DNA of 64,000 bases, from positions 9,501 through 73,500 of the forward strand of contig CAWEAV010000033.1 in assembly GCA_963806715.1 (NCBI GenBank). Reading direction: 5' to 3'. The notes beneath the pieces are model-generated. The model searched no databases. It was not told where the DNA came from and saw only the letters and a list, made by a program, of their open reading frames with translations. A program made the translations under genes and the position numbers. Positions 18,842 to 27,036 of this stretch are shown here, piece by piece (positions within the stretch are counted from its first letter, which is position 1; every line of letters begins with the position of its first letter). The stretch is from an uncultured delta proteobacterium. Its GTDB lineage: Bacteria > Desulfobacterota > BSN033 > UBA1163.

Positions 18842-19510
18842 CTATATTACAGCCCTTTTAAGCTGTTTTTCAAAAAATCCGATCGCCTTTTCTACCGGAA
18901 ACCAGCCGGCTCGCTGGAGATGCCTGTTGACAGACTGTTGGGTAATCGCAGGTTTCCACAGGCTCCCGATTTCCTCCTGCTTCAAGCCCTGCAATGCGCC
19001 GGTTATGGCAAGAGCTTGTTTATCACTCCAGTTCATTGCCAATACGTCCAGAAGGTGAACCAGAACATCGAGAGATTCTTCAATCTCCCGCTCAGGAAAT
19101 CTAAAGCACATATTGCTTGCCTTTGTCATTTCCTCCAGGGCTTTACCTGAATACCGATACGCCTGCCCATCCCCGCCGGAAACACGATCATCCGGAACAA
19201 AATCAACTGTCCCGATTGCGATCGCCATACGGGTATCTATCTTGCTTGCCGCCGCTGCTGCTCGCAAAAACGCCCTGTAAAACAACCCGATTCTCAACGA
19301 CACCGCGGGATCAGCCACCAACAACTGCCAGGAGTCTCCTCTGAAAACATCCACATCCAGCGGAATGCTCTCTTTAAAAACCTTACGAAGAACCTTTGAC
19401 CCATCTTTCATGTTACGGTGAAGCCTTTGCCGCTCCTCGACTGATAATTTCGAAGAATCCACAATATCTCCCGTAACGACCGCGTAAGGCTTTCCTTTCT
19501 CAATCTTCAT
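18842..19510 (-). CDS. SatD-like protein with nucleotide-cyclase (Palm) type metal-binding motifs
   Basis: 222 aa; YAVVTGDIVDSSKL resembles the class III cyclase beta1 motif FADIVGFT, and VFRGDSWQLLVADP resembles KTIGDAYMAVFGAP. Start codon overlaps the upstream gene stop (ATGA). Confidence 0.5.
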   Translation of the reverse strand: MKIEKGKPYAVVTGDIVDSSKLSVEERQRLHRNMKDGSKVLRKVFKESIPLDVDVFRGDSWQLLVADPAVSLRIGLFYRAFLRAAAAASKIDTRMAIAIGTVDFVPDDRVSGGDGQAYRYSGKALEEMTKASNMCFRFPEREIEESLDVLVHLLDVLAMNWSDKQALAITGALQGLKQEEIGSLWKPAITQQSVNRHLQRAGWFPVEKAIGFFEKQLKRAVI

Positions 19511-20031
19511 TTTATCCTTCTCCGTCCCTTCTTCGGAGTTAATGCCTTTTCCTCGAATAGATTCTCAAGGCCGTGGGCGATGGCAAAGGATTTGTTGGTC
19601 TTGCATTTCTCCTTCACCCTTTCAGGCCAATATTCCATGGCCTGTTGAGCCCAGTCATATTTCTCTTCCTCAAGCTCCTTCCCAGGCCATTCTTGTTTCC
19701 GGCAGGTATATTCCTCGAACGTGTTCTGCGGAAATTCTAACCGGTAAATGCCTCCAGCTGCCTCGAACCTTAGCCAGCCATGCTGGTGGGACTCCATGAA
19801 AAGACGCTCAACATTTGTCTCTCTGAGCAAGAATAACTTCCAATCGGGGTGTCGAATCATGTCTCGGCCAATCACTCCCAGGTCGTTAAGACAAAACCCA
19901 ATTAGGGCAAAGGCTTCAAGAGCAAGATGAAAGGGGGTAATATGTTTCCGGACGCCCCTTCGAGAATCCCAAAATCCCGCAGCCCAGCAAGGAGACCTCG
20001 GGCCACCTTTCGTTGTACGGTAGGAGTCCAT
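19507..20031 (-). CDS. Hypothetical protein (start likely internal; annotated N-terminus overlaps the upstream gene)
   Basis: 174 aa ORF overlapping the 190 aa ORF by about 130 nt. The real start is possibly MIRHPDW or MESHQHG. No recognised domain. Confidence 0.35.
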   Translation of the reverse strand: MDSYRTTKGGPRSPCWAAGFWDSRRGVRKHITPFHLALEAFALIGFCLNDLGVIGRDMIRHPDWKLFLLRETNVERLFMESHQHGWLRFEAAGGIYRLEFPQNTFEEYTCRKQEWPGKELEEEKYDWAQQAMEYWPERVKEKCKTNKSFAIAHGLENLFEEKALTPKKGRRRIK

Positions 20032-20474
20032 TCCTTCTTAACTCCATGAAGCTTTCTGGATAACCAACTTATGACTTCTCCAACACGAATTTCCCGGTCG
20101 GGATGCCCGGCTCGGTGGAAAACCTCCTCTGTAACAAAAGCATATAGCAAGGGCTCTGCCCTCGCCGTGATCCAGTAATAGAAAGCGCGAATAATTTCGA
20201 TATCAGCAGTTGAAACCTCCAGAGTCCGGGCTAACTTCCAGGCATTGGGTGGGGATCCATGAATGAATCGAGGGCGGAATGCACGGGTATAGGTATCTCT
20301 TACACGGGCGAGGGTCATTTTGGAAAGAACCGCAAGTGCAGATTTGGGGGAATTGGCCTTGGTCAGCTCCTCAGACCAATTTGAAACGAGCAGCCGCATG
20401 TCCCCAAGGAGCGCCCCACCTTTTGCGAGTCGGCTGGTGAATTCTACTGCTCCTTGTGCATTTTGTCTATCCAT
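19902..20474 (-). CDS. Hypothetical protein, about 190 aa
   Basis: Helical; no family confidently recognised (vague resemblance to small BREX-associated BrxA-like proteins, not supportable from sequence alone). Confidence 0.4.
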   Translation of the reverse strand: MDRQNAQGAVEFTSRLAKGGALLGDMRLLVSNWSEELTKANSPKSALAVLSKMTLARVRDTYTRAFRPRFIHGSPPNAWKLARTLEVSTADIEIIRAFYYWITARAEPLLYAFVTEEVFHRAGHPDREIRVGEVISWLSRKLHGVKKEWTPTVQRKVARGLLAGLRDFGILEGASGNILPPFILLLKPLP

Positions 20475-20512
20475 GCAACGTACGCCGTTTTTGCATTCTA
20501 ATCTCCAACTGT

Positions 20513-21196
20513 CTATTTTCTACCAGAAAGCAGTTGACATGAACCCATAAAATTATTTCTAAACACTTCCTTTACTTCATCAGTCTCTTCCCTTCCCCTT
20601 CCCGCATACCTCACGTTCGGATGAAGGTGCCTATTCAATTCCCGCACAAAATCAATAATCGGATGTCCATATCGCCTGCCCTGAGTACTTTCGGCTTCAA
20701 GCCTGATAACTTCACAAATGATTTCGAGGGTGGTGTTTAATCTGATCTCACTTTTAATATATTTCGGAATCGAGGGAACCACTTGTCGGTATGTTTCCTT
20801 TACAACCTCCGGCTTAACAGAATCATGGATGTAGTAATTACTCACAAGCTGAATTACCAATTTCCCCACCATTTTCCTGAAGTTCTTGAATACGACTCTA
20901 CCAGAACAAATCTGTTTGATGTTTTTGAGGAAGGATAGATATCCAGCCTCATCATACTCAAAGATATCTCCGTACTTGTCCCGGGTGTACTGAGTGTAGG
21001 CGTATACATCGGTTTTTGGCCCCCTCACTTTGGACTCACAAACCACAAGCGTTCTCTGCTCGGGATGGTAGGCCAATACATCAATATCGCTCCATCCATG
21101 CCCTTCCCCCTGGAAAGGAAATCTCTGTTGCGTCCAGTAACCCTGGAGCCTCCAATAGGCCTCGACGATACTTTCAACGGCCATCTGCTCAGACAT
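20513..21196 (-). CDS. PD-(D/E)xK restriction-endonuclease-fold (Hjc/Mrr-like) nuclease domain protein
   Basis: N-terminus ESIVEAYWRLQGYW...GWSDIDVLAYHPEQRTLVVCESKV shows E...D-hydrophobic...E-x-K spacing typical of the Holliday-junction-resolvase/restriction-endonuclease fold. C-terminal 140 aa unknown. First gene of the cluster. Confidence 0.5.
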   Translation of the reverse strand: MSEQMAVESIVEAYWRLQGYWTQQRFPFQGEGHGWSDIDVLAYHPEQRTLVVCESKVRGPKTDVYAYTQYTRDKYGDIFEYDEAGYLSFLKNIKQICSGRVVFKNFRKMVGKLVIQLVSNYYIHDSVKPEVVKETYRQVVPSIPKYIKSEIRLNTTLEIICEVIRLEAESTQGRRYGHPIIDFVRELNRHLHPNVRYAGRGREETDEVKEVFRNNFMGSCQLLSGRK

Positions 21197-21508
21197 TGCG
21201 AGGTACCCCCTTTCAATCTCCCTCGGCTCTTAGTTGCTCCCGAGATCATTCTTCAAGCCGTGGCTTAGAGACATTGGTCGAACCAAGCCCAAAAAATTTG
21301 GAAAAATGCGAATCGCCCCCGGGAAGTTGACCTAACTATACCAAAAATCTAATTTTATAGCAATTTTAAGATGTTTTCACCCCATGAAAAGGGGAGTAAT
21401 TATGAGGAAGGTGGAGGATCCCTTTTTGAAGTCTTTTTGGCATAGTCATCATCAACGGCGGAAACGGATTGGGTCAAAGACGGCAACCAAGGATACGGAG
21501 AATCATCT

Positions 21509-21775
21509 ATGGAAAGAACGGATCTCCCTTTTAACCAGATCCTGGAAGAGGAAATTCAGGGATGGAAAAAGTTTCGAAGGGCATTGAGAAAAGAGGATCA
21601 ACAATTCCTTGATGGGCTCTTCGAAAAGGCGAGGCTCCATGTAGAAGCCGGGGATTGCACTTCAAGACCATGGCTTTTTGAAACAATTCTGATTTCTATA
21701 CTCCTCGAAAACGAGAAGGCCCTGGTTGAGTTGAAATCGAGACTGAAGACCCAAGAAAAGTGGGAAGGGGTGTGA
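21509..21775 (+). CDS. Hypothetical protein
   Basis: 88 aa ORF divergent from the 17-21 kb cluster. An overlapping alternate-frame ORF (21384-21587) may reflect an indel. Confidence 0.3.
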   Translation: MERTDLPFNQILEEEIQGWKKFRRALRKEDQQFLDGLFEKARLHVEAGDCTSRPWLFETILISILLENEKALVELKSRLKTQEKWEGV

Positions 21776-21999
21776 CTAAATTGTGACTGAATCGAATCGA
21801 AAAAACTCGAATAGATAGAATAGACTGGAGTAGATAGAAAAAGATTTTTCTTTAAATCTTCAACTGGTTACGGGAAACCAGACCAAAATCAAAGGGTTAG
21901 AATAAATGCCTACTTCGTATTCCCAAGCCAAGGGTCGCGGGTTCGGGTCCTACTGCCGGGAAAAGAGGGAAGCAACCTAATTGTTCTATTTTCCAAATC

Positions 22000-22299
22000 T
22001 CAAAACAAATCTTTAAAAGCGTGGGCAGCCGTATACACGCATCCTACGCCACATATAAAATCAGCCACCCTTAAAGCCTCAATAATTTCTTCTTTTGTGG
22101 CACCAGCCTTCACGGCCTGCTCAGCCAGCGATCTCACTCCTTCGACGGTTCCTTGTGACACATCCAATGCCATGGCAATGAGAAGCTTGGTCTTCCTGGG
22201 CAAAGCTCCATCATTCAGCGCCAGTGCTCTTGTATTATCGACAAGTTTTAAGAGTTCCGGGTCCAACTTCTCAAAAATCTTCAAAGGATTTTCGGCCAT
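22000..22299 (-). CDS. Carboxymuconolactone decarboxylase / AhpD-like family protein
   Basis: 99 aa; ALPRKTKLLIAMALDVSQGTVEGVRSLAEQAVKAGATKEEIIEALRVADFICGV is an AhpD-core-like motif. Confidence 0.7.
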   Translation of the reverse strand: MAENPLKIFEKLDPELLKLVDNTRALALNDGALPRKTKLLIAMALDVSQGTVEGVRSLAEQAVKAGATKEEIIEALRVADFICGVGCVYTAAHAFKDLF

Positions 22300-22330
22300 A
22301 TAATTACCTCCTGGTCTTTATTCACCTTTT

Positions 22331-22642
22331 TCATCCGTGCTTAACATTGATGCTGAACGGCCTTTGTTCAGGAATCCTGTCCAATAATTCCCTTAGAGCT
22401 GGGCGTATATAGATCTGATCGAGATCAAAATGCTTTACTGCCATTGCCAAGATCTTAATCCTGTCCTTTACCGATGCCTTAGAATTGATGATTAAGACAT
22501 ATTTTCCTTTCAATAAGCACAGTCCCCCAGCGACAAATGATGAATCTTCATCTTGTTTGATAGTTTCATACCGGATTTCTATGCCAAACCTCTCGGCTAA
22601 TTCTTCGAGATAGTCAATGATGGTGTCTTCGTTGATGCTCAA
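22331..22642 (-). CDS. Hypothetical protein
   Basis: 103 aa ORF, no recognised family. Confidence 0.35.
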   Translation of the reverse strand: MSINEDTIIDYLEELAERFGIEIRYETIKQDEDSSFVAGGLCLLKGKYVLIINSKASVKDRIKILAMAVKHFDLDQIYIRPALRELLDRIPEQRPFSINVKHG

Positions 22643-22660
22643 GCTTGCCTCAGTTCTTGC

Positions 22661-22954
22661 CTACGTTCCCTTTTTCTCAGGCCAGACCCAAATCTCTTTA
22701 GCCTTCTGATGCATCTTGACCAGATCTCTCTTCAGTTCTTCAGCATGGCGCTGAACATCATCGAGGACTGCCGTTGCTTCTCCATAAATCTCTTCTGCGT
22801 CCTTCAAGACCTTAGTCCCTCTCTCCTTAATTTCAGACCTCAGTTGTTGGCCGGATTTTGGAGCAAAGAAAATCCCTACCAGTGCACCCAAGATGCCGCC
22901 GAATAAAAATCCTATTAAAAAATTGCTTTGGTTATTTCCATTTTCCGTCATGAT
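22661..22954 (-). CDS. YtxH-domain protein (general-stress-type, single TM)
   Basis: Likely start MTENGNN. GFLFGGILGALVGIFFAPKSGQQLR plus a coiled-coil tail typify YtxH/DUF948. Confidence 0.6.
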   Translation of the reverse strand: MMTENGNNQSNFLIGFLFGGILGALVGIFFAPKSGQQLRSEIKERGTKVLKDAEEIYGEATAVLDDVQRHAEELKRDLVKMHQKAKEIWVWPEKKGT

Positions 22955-23190
22955 AGCTCCCCCTTTTCTTTGGCCCTTATTTCCCCCTTCCTCATGTCCC
23001 ACTCGTCCTCTTCCACATGAGCCAATGTATAGATATTCGTCCACCTTTTTTTGCATTGCCTACATGAAATGTTTTGCGTTGCCCGATTGATATCCGCGGT
23101 GACCTTTCCTAAAGAGAGCTCGTCAGATCCGCAGTAAGGACATAAATAAGGTGATCCCAGGTATTTATTTTTCTGTTCTTCCGTCAGCAT
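22948..23190 (-). CDS. Small zinc-ribbon protein
   Basis: 80 aa; CPYCGS...CRQCKK gives two CxxC pairs. Confidence 0.4.
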   Translation of the reverse strand: MLTEEQKNKYLGSPYLCPYCGSDELSLGKVTADINRATQNISCRQCKKRWTNIYTLAHVEEDEWDMRKGEIRAKEKGELS

Positions 23191-23209
23191 TTCCTCTCCT
23201 TGGGTAAAT

Positions 23210-23506
23210 CTACTCTACTATACCCTTTATCGTGTTCACCTTCTCTTTCAATTCTTTCCCAACCTTGAAGTAAGGAAGTTTCTTAGGAGGGACATCCACA
23301 TTCTTACCTGTCTTGGGGTTTCGACCTTTGTAAGCACCATAATTCCTCACCACAAAGCTTCCAAATCCTCTAATCTCAATCCCTTCGCCCTTCTCCAGAC
23401 TTTCTCTCATCGAATCAAAAATGCCGTTTACAATGACCTTTGCTGCTTTAGACGGAATTCGCACCCTTTCTGAGACCTTCTCGATGAGATCGTTTTTGTT
23501 CATCAA
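23210..23506 (-). CDS. IHF/HU family DNA-binding protein
   Basis: 98 aa; GFGSFVVRNYGAYKGRNPKTGKNVDVPPKKLPYFKVGKELK. Confidence 0.85.
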   Translation of the reverse strand: MMNKNDLIEKVSERVRIPSKAAKVIVNGIFDSMRESLEKGEGIEIRGFGSFVVRNYGAYKGRNPKTGKNVDVPPKKLPYFKVGKELKEKVNTIKGIVE

Positions 23507-23571
23507 ACCTCCCTGACTGGTTTATTTGTCAACTACGCTCATCCCGACTTAACTCTTCGTCATACCCCGAC

Positions 23572-24138
23572 CTACCGGCTCCTTTTTTTCTTTCTGTTCA
23601 TCTTTACAACGGTCTTCCTTCGGTTGTTTGAGTCATATTTAAAGAGGGAATCAGGGACATCATAACCTAAAGCCCTGTGCTCTCTAATGACCGAATGAAA
23701 ATTCACGAGCCCTGCTTGCCTTCCTATAGTCCTGACGGGAAGTCTCTTTTTGAAATAAAGTTGATACGCCAACTCCACCTTTTTGGATTGTAATATTCCA
23801 AATTTGCCCGAAATAAGTCCATTCTTTTTGAGAATACGAAGATGATAAAACCATTTTCCACTTGTTAGTCTTAATTTGTCTCTGATCGTTCGAGAGCATA
23901 TGAAATCACTATGCGGCTTTCTGGAGATCTTAATCAGATCCTGACAGATTGAACAGGTTTTTGTATGCTCTGTCTTGGAACGCTTGGGCCTCTTAATCCC
24001 CCTCTTTTGGGCAAATTCAAAAACGGCTTGCCTGCTCACCCCGTACCTCTTTCCTAACTCGCCGAAGCTCAGGGTACTTACTTTCAAGTCCTTTATTAAT
24101 CGGTCTTTTACTCTTTTAAGTTGACCTTTACTTGCCAT
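23572..24138 (-). CDS. Putative HTH DNA-binding protein
   Basis: 188 aa; N-terminal STLSFGELGKRYGVSRQAVFEF helix-turn-helix; basic C-terminus. Confidence 0.4.
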   Translation of the reverse strand: MASKGQLKRVKDRLIKDLKVSTLSFGELGKRYGVSRQAVFEFAQKRGIKRPKRSKTEHTKTCSICQDLIKISRKPHSDFICSRTIRDKLRLTSGKWFYHLRILKKNGLISGKFGILQSKKVELAYQLYFKKRLPVRTIGRQAGLVNFHSVIREHRALGYDVPDSLFKYDSNNRRKTVVKMNRKKKRSR

Positions 24139-24288
24139 AAACCTTATCTATTCTTTGCTCTTTCGTATCATCCTTTGAAAACGCATGTCAAATTCCGTTA
24201 GAGAAAAAGGTTTCTTAATGACCTCATGGGCACCCGTCACGTCCGACGATCCTTTACTTCATCTAATCATGTAGGAGTAATCCCTGCT

Positions 24289-24594
24289 TCAGTTATTCTC
24301 CTCTTTTTTAAAAGCCACTACTGTAATCTGCCCTAAATGGGATAATTGATCATACGCCTGATTCTCAGCTTCCACTTGTGTTTCTGCTTGGACCTCAATC
24401 TCGCCTTCAAAGCTGACAATATAATTCTTTTTTCCAAGATTTAGATTTATTTCGTCAGGATGGAGGAGCCTTGCCTCAATACCCAATATTTCACCCAGAA
24501 TGGCTACCTTATTATGGACTCTCCTTTCCACCTGCTCAGGTGAATCTCCATTTTCAAGGCATGCACCGGAATAATGGACTCTGAAATCATCCAT
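24289..24594 (-). CDS. Hypothetical protein
   Basis: 101 aa ORF; no family recognised. Confidence 0.3.
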   Translation of the reverse strand: MDDFRVHYSGACLENGDSPEQVERRVHNKVAILGEILGIEARLLHPDEINLNLGKKNYIVSFEGEIEVQAETQVEAENQAYDQLSHLGQITVVAFKKEENN

Positions 24595-24969
24595 GATTTT
24601 ATGATAACCAATTCTTCAGAGGAAAGGCAAAAATGAAATTTCGTCTCTGTGCTCCTCCACCTGCTTGATTACCATTTCCAGAATCTCCTAAATGACGTGT
24701 ACCCACTTTAATTCCCACTGACCTACCTTGTCATGTCCTCTCCTGCAATCTCTGCATTTCTTTGTAAAAGATCATTATGACATTGTAAGCGAGTGGAAGT
24801 GTGAGGTTGGAGGTTAAGGAGGTAATGAGTAGAGGGCACGAAAAGCGTAAGGTCACTTGAAAAATGTCGTGAAAATTGTTGGAACTCCAGACTGGGGGAA
24901 ACAACCAAAGGTAATACTCATGTCCATACTTTGTCCATACGAAAATTTAAGCTAACCTATTGAATTCAT

Positions 24970-25043
24970 TGGCTGGGGGACGAGGGTTCGAACCTCGGTT
25001 GATGGAGTCAGAGTCCATAGTCCTGCCACTAGACGATCCCCCA
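24970..25043 (-). tRNA. tRNA-Gln (anticodon CUG)
   Basis: Reverse complement TGGGGGATCGTCTAGTGGCAGGACTATGGACTCTGACTCCATCAACCGAGGTTCGAACCCTCGTCCCCCAGCCA folds as a cloverleaf. Acceptor 7 bp; anticodon stem ATGGA/TCCAT with loop CUCUGAC; T-arm CGAGG-TTCGAAC-CCTCG; encoded CCA. Confidence 0.85.
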
Positions 25044-25380
25044 GTAAGCCTTGTAACTTGTAAGTGGTAAGAAGGTGTAAAAAAAATGGGAACCTGTGCC
25101 TCGGCCCGTATGGACGGGCGTCTCGTCCAACCTTATACGATGCGGGTCATCGGATGTTATGGGTAGCGGTCCTTTCCGGTAAATCGAGCGATTAAGCAGG
25201 GATAGACCGTGCAGATCAATTTTAGAGGTTCTGCCCTAAAGCTTCTCCAATCCGCCCATCCATGCAAGCCGAAATCCCGCCAACGCGGGACCCATCCGGG
25301 AAATGTGATTTTTTCACACCTTCTGAGTCATTAGGGGCCTGAAAAAACGAAAATAATCATAGCATTGTCCACCTAAATGA

Positions 25381-26640
25381 TCAATCGCGAGGAATCTTCC
25401 CTTTGAGCGCCGTCAACAAATCATCGATTGGAATTTCCTCCTGGGATTTGTCCATCATATTTCGCAAGATTGCCCTTCCCTTTTTTAATTCTTCTTCTCC
25501 CAGGATGAGTGCGTATCGGGCCTTCAACTTATCGGCCCTTCGCATCTGGCTCTTCAGGCTCTTTCCCTCATAGTCCAATTCAGCCCAAAGCCCTTCAAGG
25601 TGGAGCTGGTTGATCAATTGGTAAGCCTTCTTGTAACTTTCTTCTCCTATGGCAGCAACGAAAAGATGAGGATACCGGATAAACCCTCTTTCTTTCGGTA
25701 ACAGGGAAATCAATCGCTCTACACCGATGGCAAATCCAATGCCCGGAATATCGAGTCCGCCTATCTCTTGAAAAAGATTGTCATAGCGGCCTCCTCCTGT
25801 CACCGCATTCTGAGCCCCTAACCCATAGGAAACGACCTCAAAGGCGGTCCGTGTGTAATAATCCAATCCTCTCACCATTCTGGGGTTCAAAATATAAGTG
25901 AGTCCCGCCATGCTAAGATATGATTTCACCTGATCGAAATGTTTCTGACATTCCTCACAGATGAAATCAGTCACCTTAGGGGCATCTGCGATCGCTTCCT
26001 TGCATGATTCGACTTTGCAGTCAAAGATCCTAAGTGGGTTGCTATTCAATCGTCTCTGGCAATCTTCACATAATTGGAAGGATTTCCCGGCAAAAAATTT
26101 CTTTAGCTCCTCTCTGTACCTGGGCCGGCATTCTCTGCAGCCTAACGTGTTAATCTGGAGTTCGAGGTTCTTGAGCCCCACTTTTCCCAGGAAATGGATG
26201 AGCATGATGATCACTTCCGCATCTACCATCGGATTTCCAACACCGAAAACCTCAGCATCGATTTGATAGAATTGCCTGAAGCGCCCCTTCTGAGGCCTTT
26301 CGTATCGGAACATCGGCCCAACGCAGTAGAGTTTTGCCACCGGGTCGAAGGAATACATCTGATGCTCTAAATAAGCCCTTGCCATGGAGGCTGTGGCTTC
26401 AGGCCGGAGGGTAAGGGAGTTCCCGTTTCGATCAACAAAGGTATACATCTCTTTTTCGACAATGTCTGTCGCTTCCCCGATCCCGCGAGAGAAAAGCTCC
26501 GTTCTTTCAAGGATGGGAATCCTGATCTCTGAAAACCCGAATCCTCCGAATACCTCCCCTGCGACCTTCTCAACAAATTGCCACTTCCCGATCTCCTCAG
26601 GAAGGACATCGTTAAACCCGCGTATTGCCTTAATCTCCAT
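25381..26640 (-). CDS. hisS: Histidine--tRNA ligase
   Basis: 419 aa; class II HisRS motifs (RGFNDVLPEE, LRPEATASMARAY, GGGRYD). Confidence 0.9.
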   Translation of the reverse strand: MEIKAIRGFNDVLPEEIGKWQFVEKVAGEVFGGFGFSEIRIPILERTELFSRGIGEATDIVEKEMYTFVDRNGNSLTLRPEATASMARAYLEHQMYSFDPVAKLYCVGPMFRYERPQKGRFRQFYQIDAEVFGVGNPMVDAEVIIMLIHFLGKVGLKNLELQINTLGCRECRPRYREELKKFFAGKSFQLCEDCQRRLNSNPLRIFDCKVESCKEAIADAPKVTDFICEECQKHFDQVKSYLSMAGLTYILNPRMVRGLDYYTRTAFEVVSYGLGAQNAVTGGGRYDNLFQEIGGLDIPGIGFAIGVERLISLLPKERGFIRYPHLFVAAIGEESYKKAYQLINQLHLEGLWAELDYEGKSLKSQMRRADKLKARYALILGEEELKKGRAILRNMMDKSQEEIPIDDLLTALKGKIPRD

Positions 26641-26800
26641 GCAATCGTTCCTTATGTTTTCTCATTGGTAGTCCCCCATTTTGGAGGCGGTTACAGGTAA
26701 GTCGGCACTGAATCCCGACGCTACAAAATTTATCCTATCCGGTTCCAAAAGTCAAAACGTTGATTATTAAGGCATTTTAAGATAATCTGTGTCAACCCCG

Positions 26801-27001
26801 TAGTTGCAGAAACGGGCATGGGTAAACCGCCCTTCAAGGCTTCAGAAGGCGGTCGAATTGATATTTTGAGGGTATGGGAGGAGATCACCCAAGGTGAACT
26901 CCAGCAGGGGTCTGGGGCGTAAGTGCTCCTTACAATAAAGGTTCGCCCTGAAGCCTTTCCGAACGGTTCACCCATGCCCGTATGGTAAAATGTTCTGCAA
27001 C
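26801..27001 (+). repeat. Copy B of the roughly 200 nt imperfect-palindromic element; intact terminal inverted repeats
   Basis: Termini GTTGCAGAAACGGGCATGGGTAAACCG ... CGGTTCACCCATGCCCGTATGGTAAAATGTTCTGCAAC are inverted repeats. Internal AAGGCTTCAG/CTGAAGCCTT pairing. Lies in the 5' leader of the phosphomutase gene, same orientation. Confidence 0.7.
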
Positions 27002-27036
27002 ATTAAGGTCAAGTAACGTTATGAGGAGAAGAAGCT

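Noticed and set aside
21925-21965. Possible tRNA gene (GGGTCGCGGGTTCGGGTCC T-loop-like)
   Set aside because: No acceptor/T-stem pairing can be built; treated as a degraded tRNA-like fragment (see mirrored-repeat finding), not a functional tRNA.
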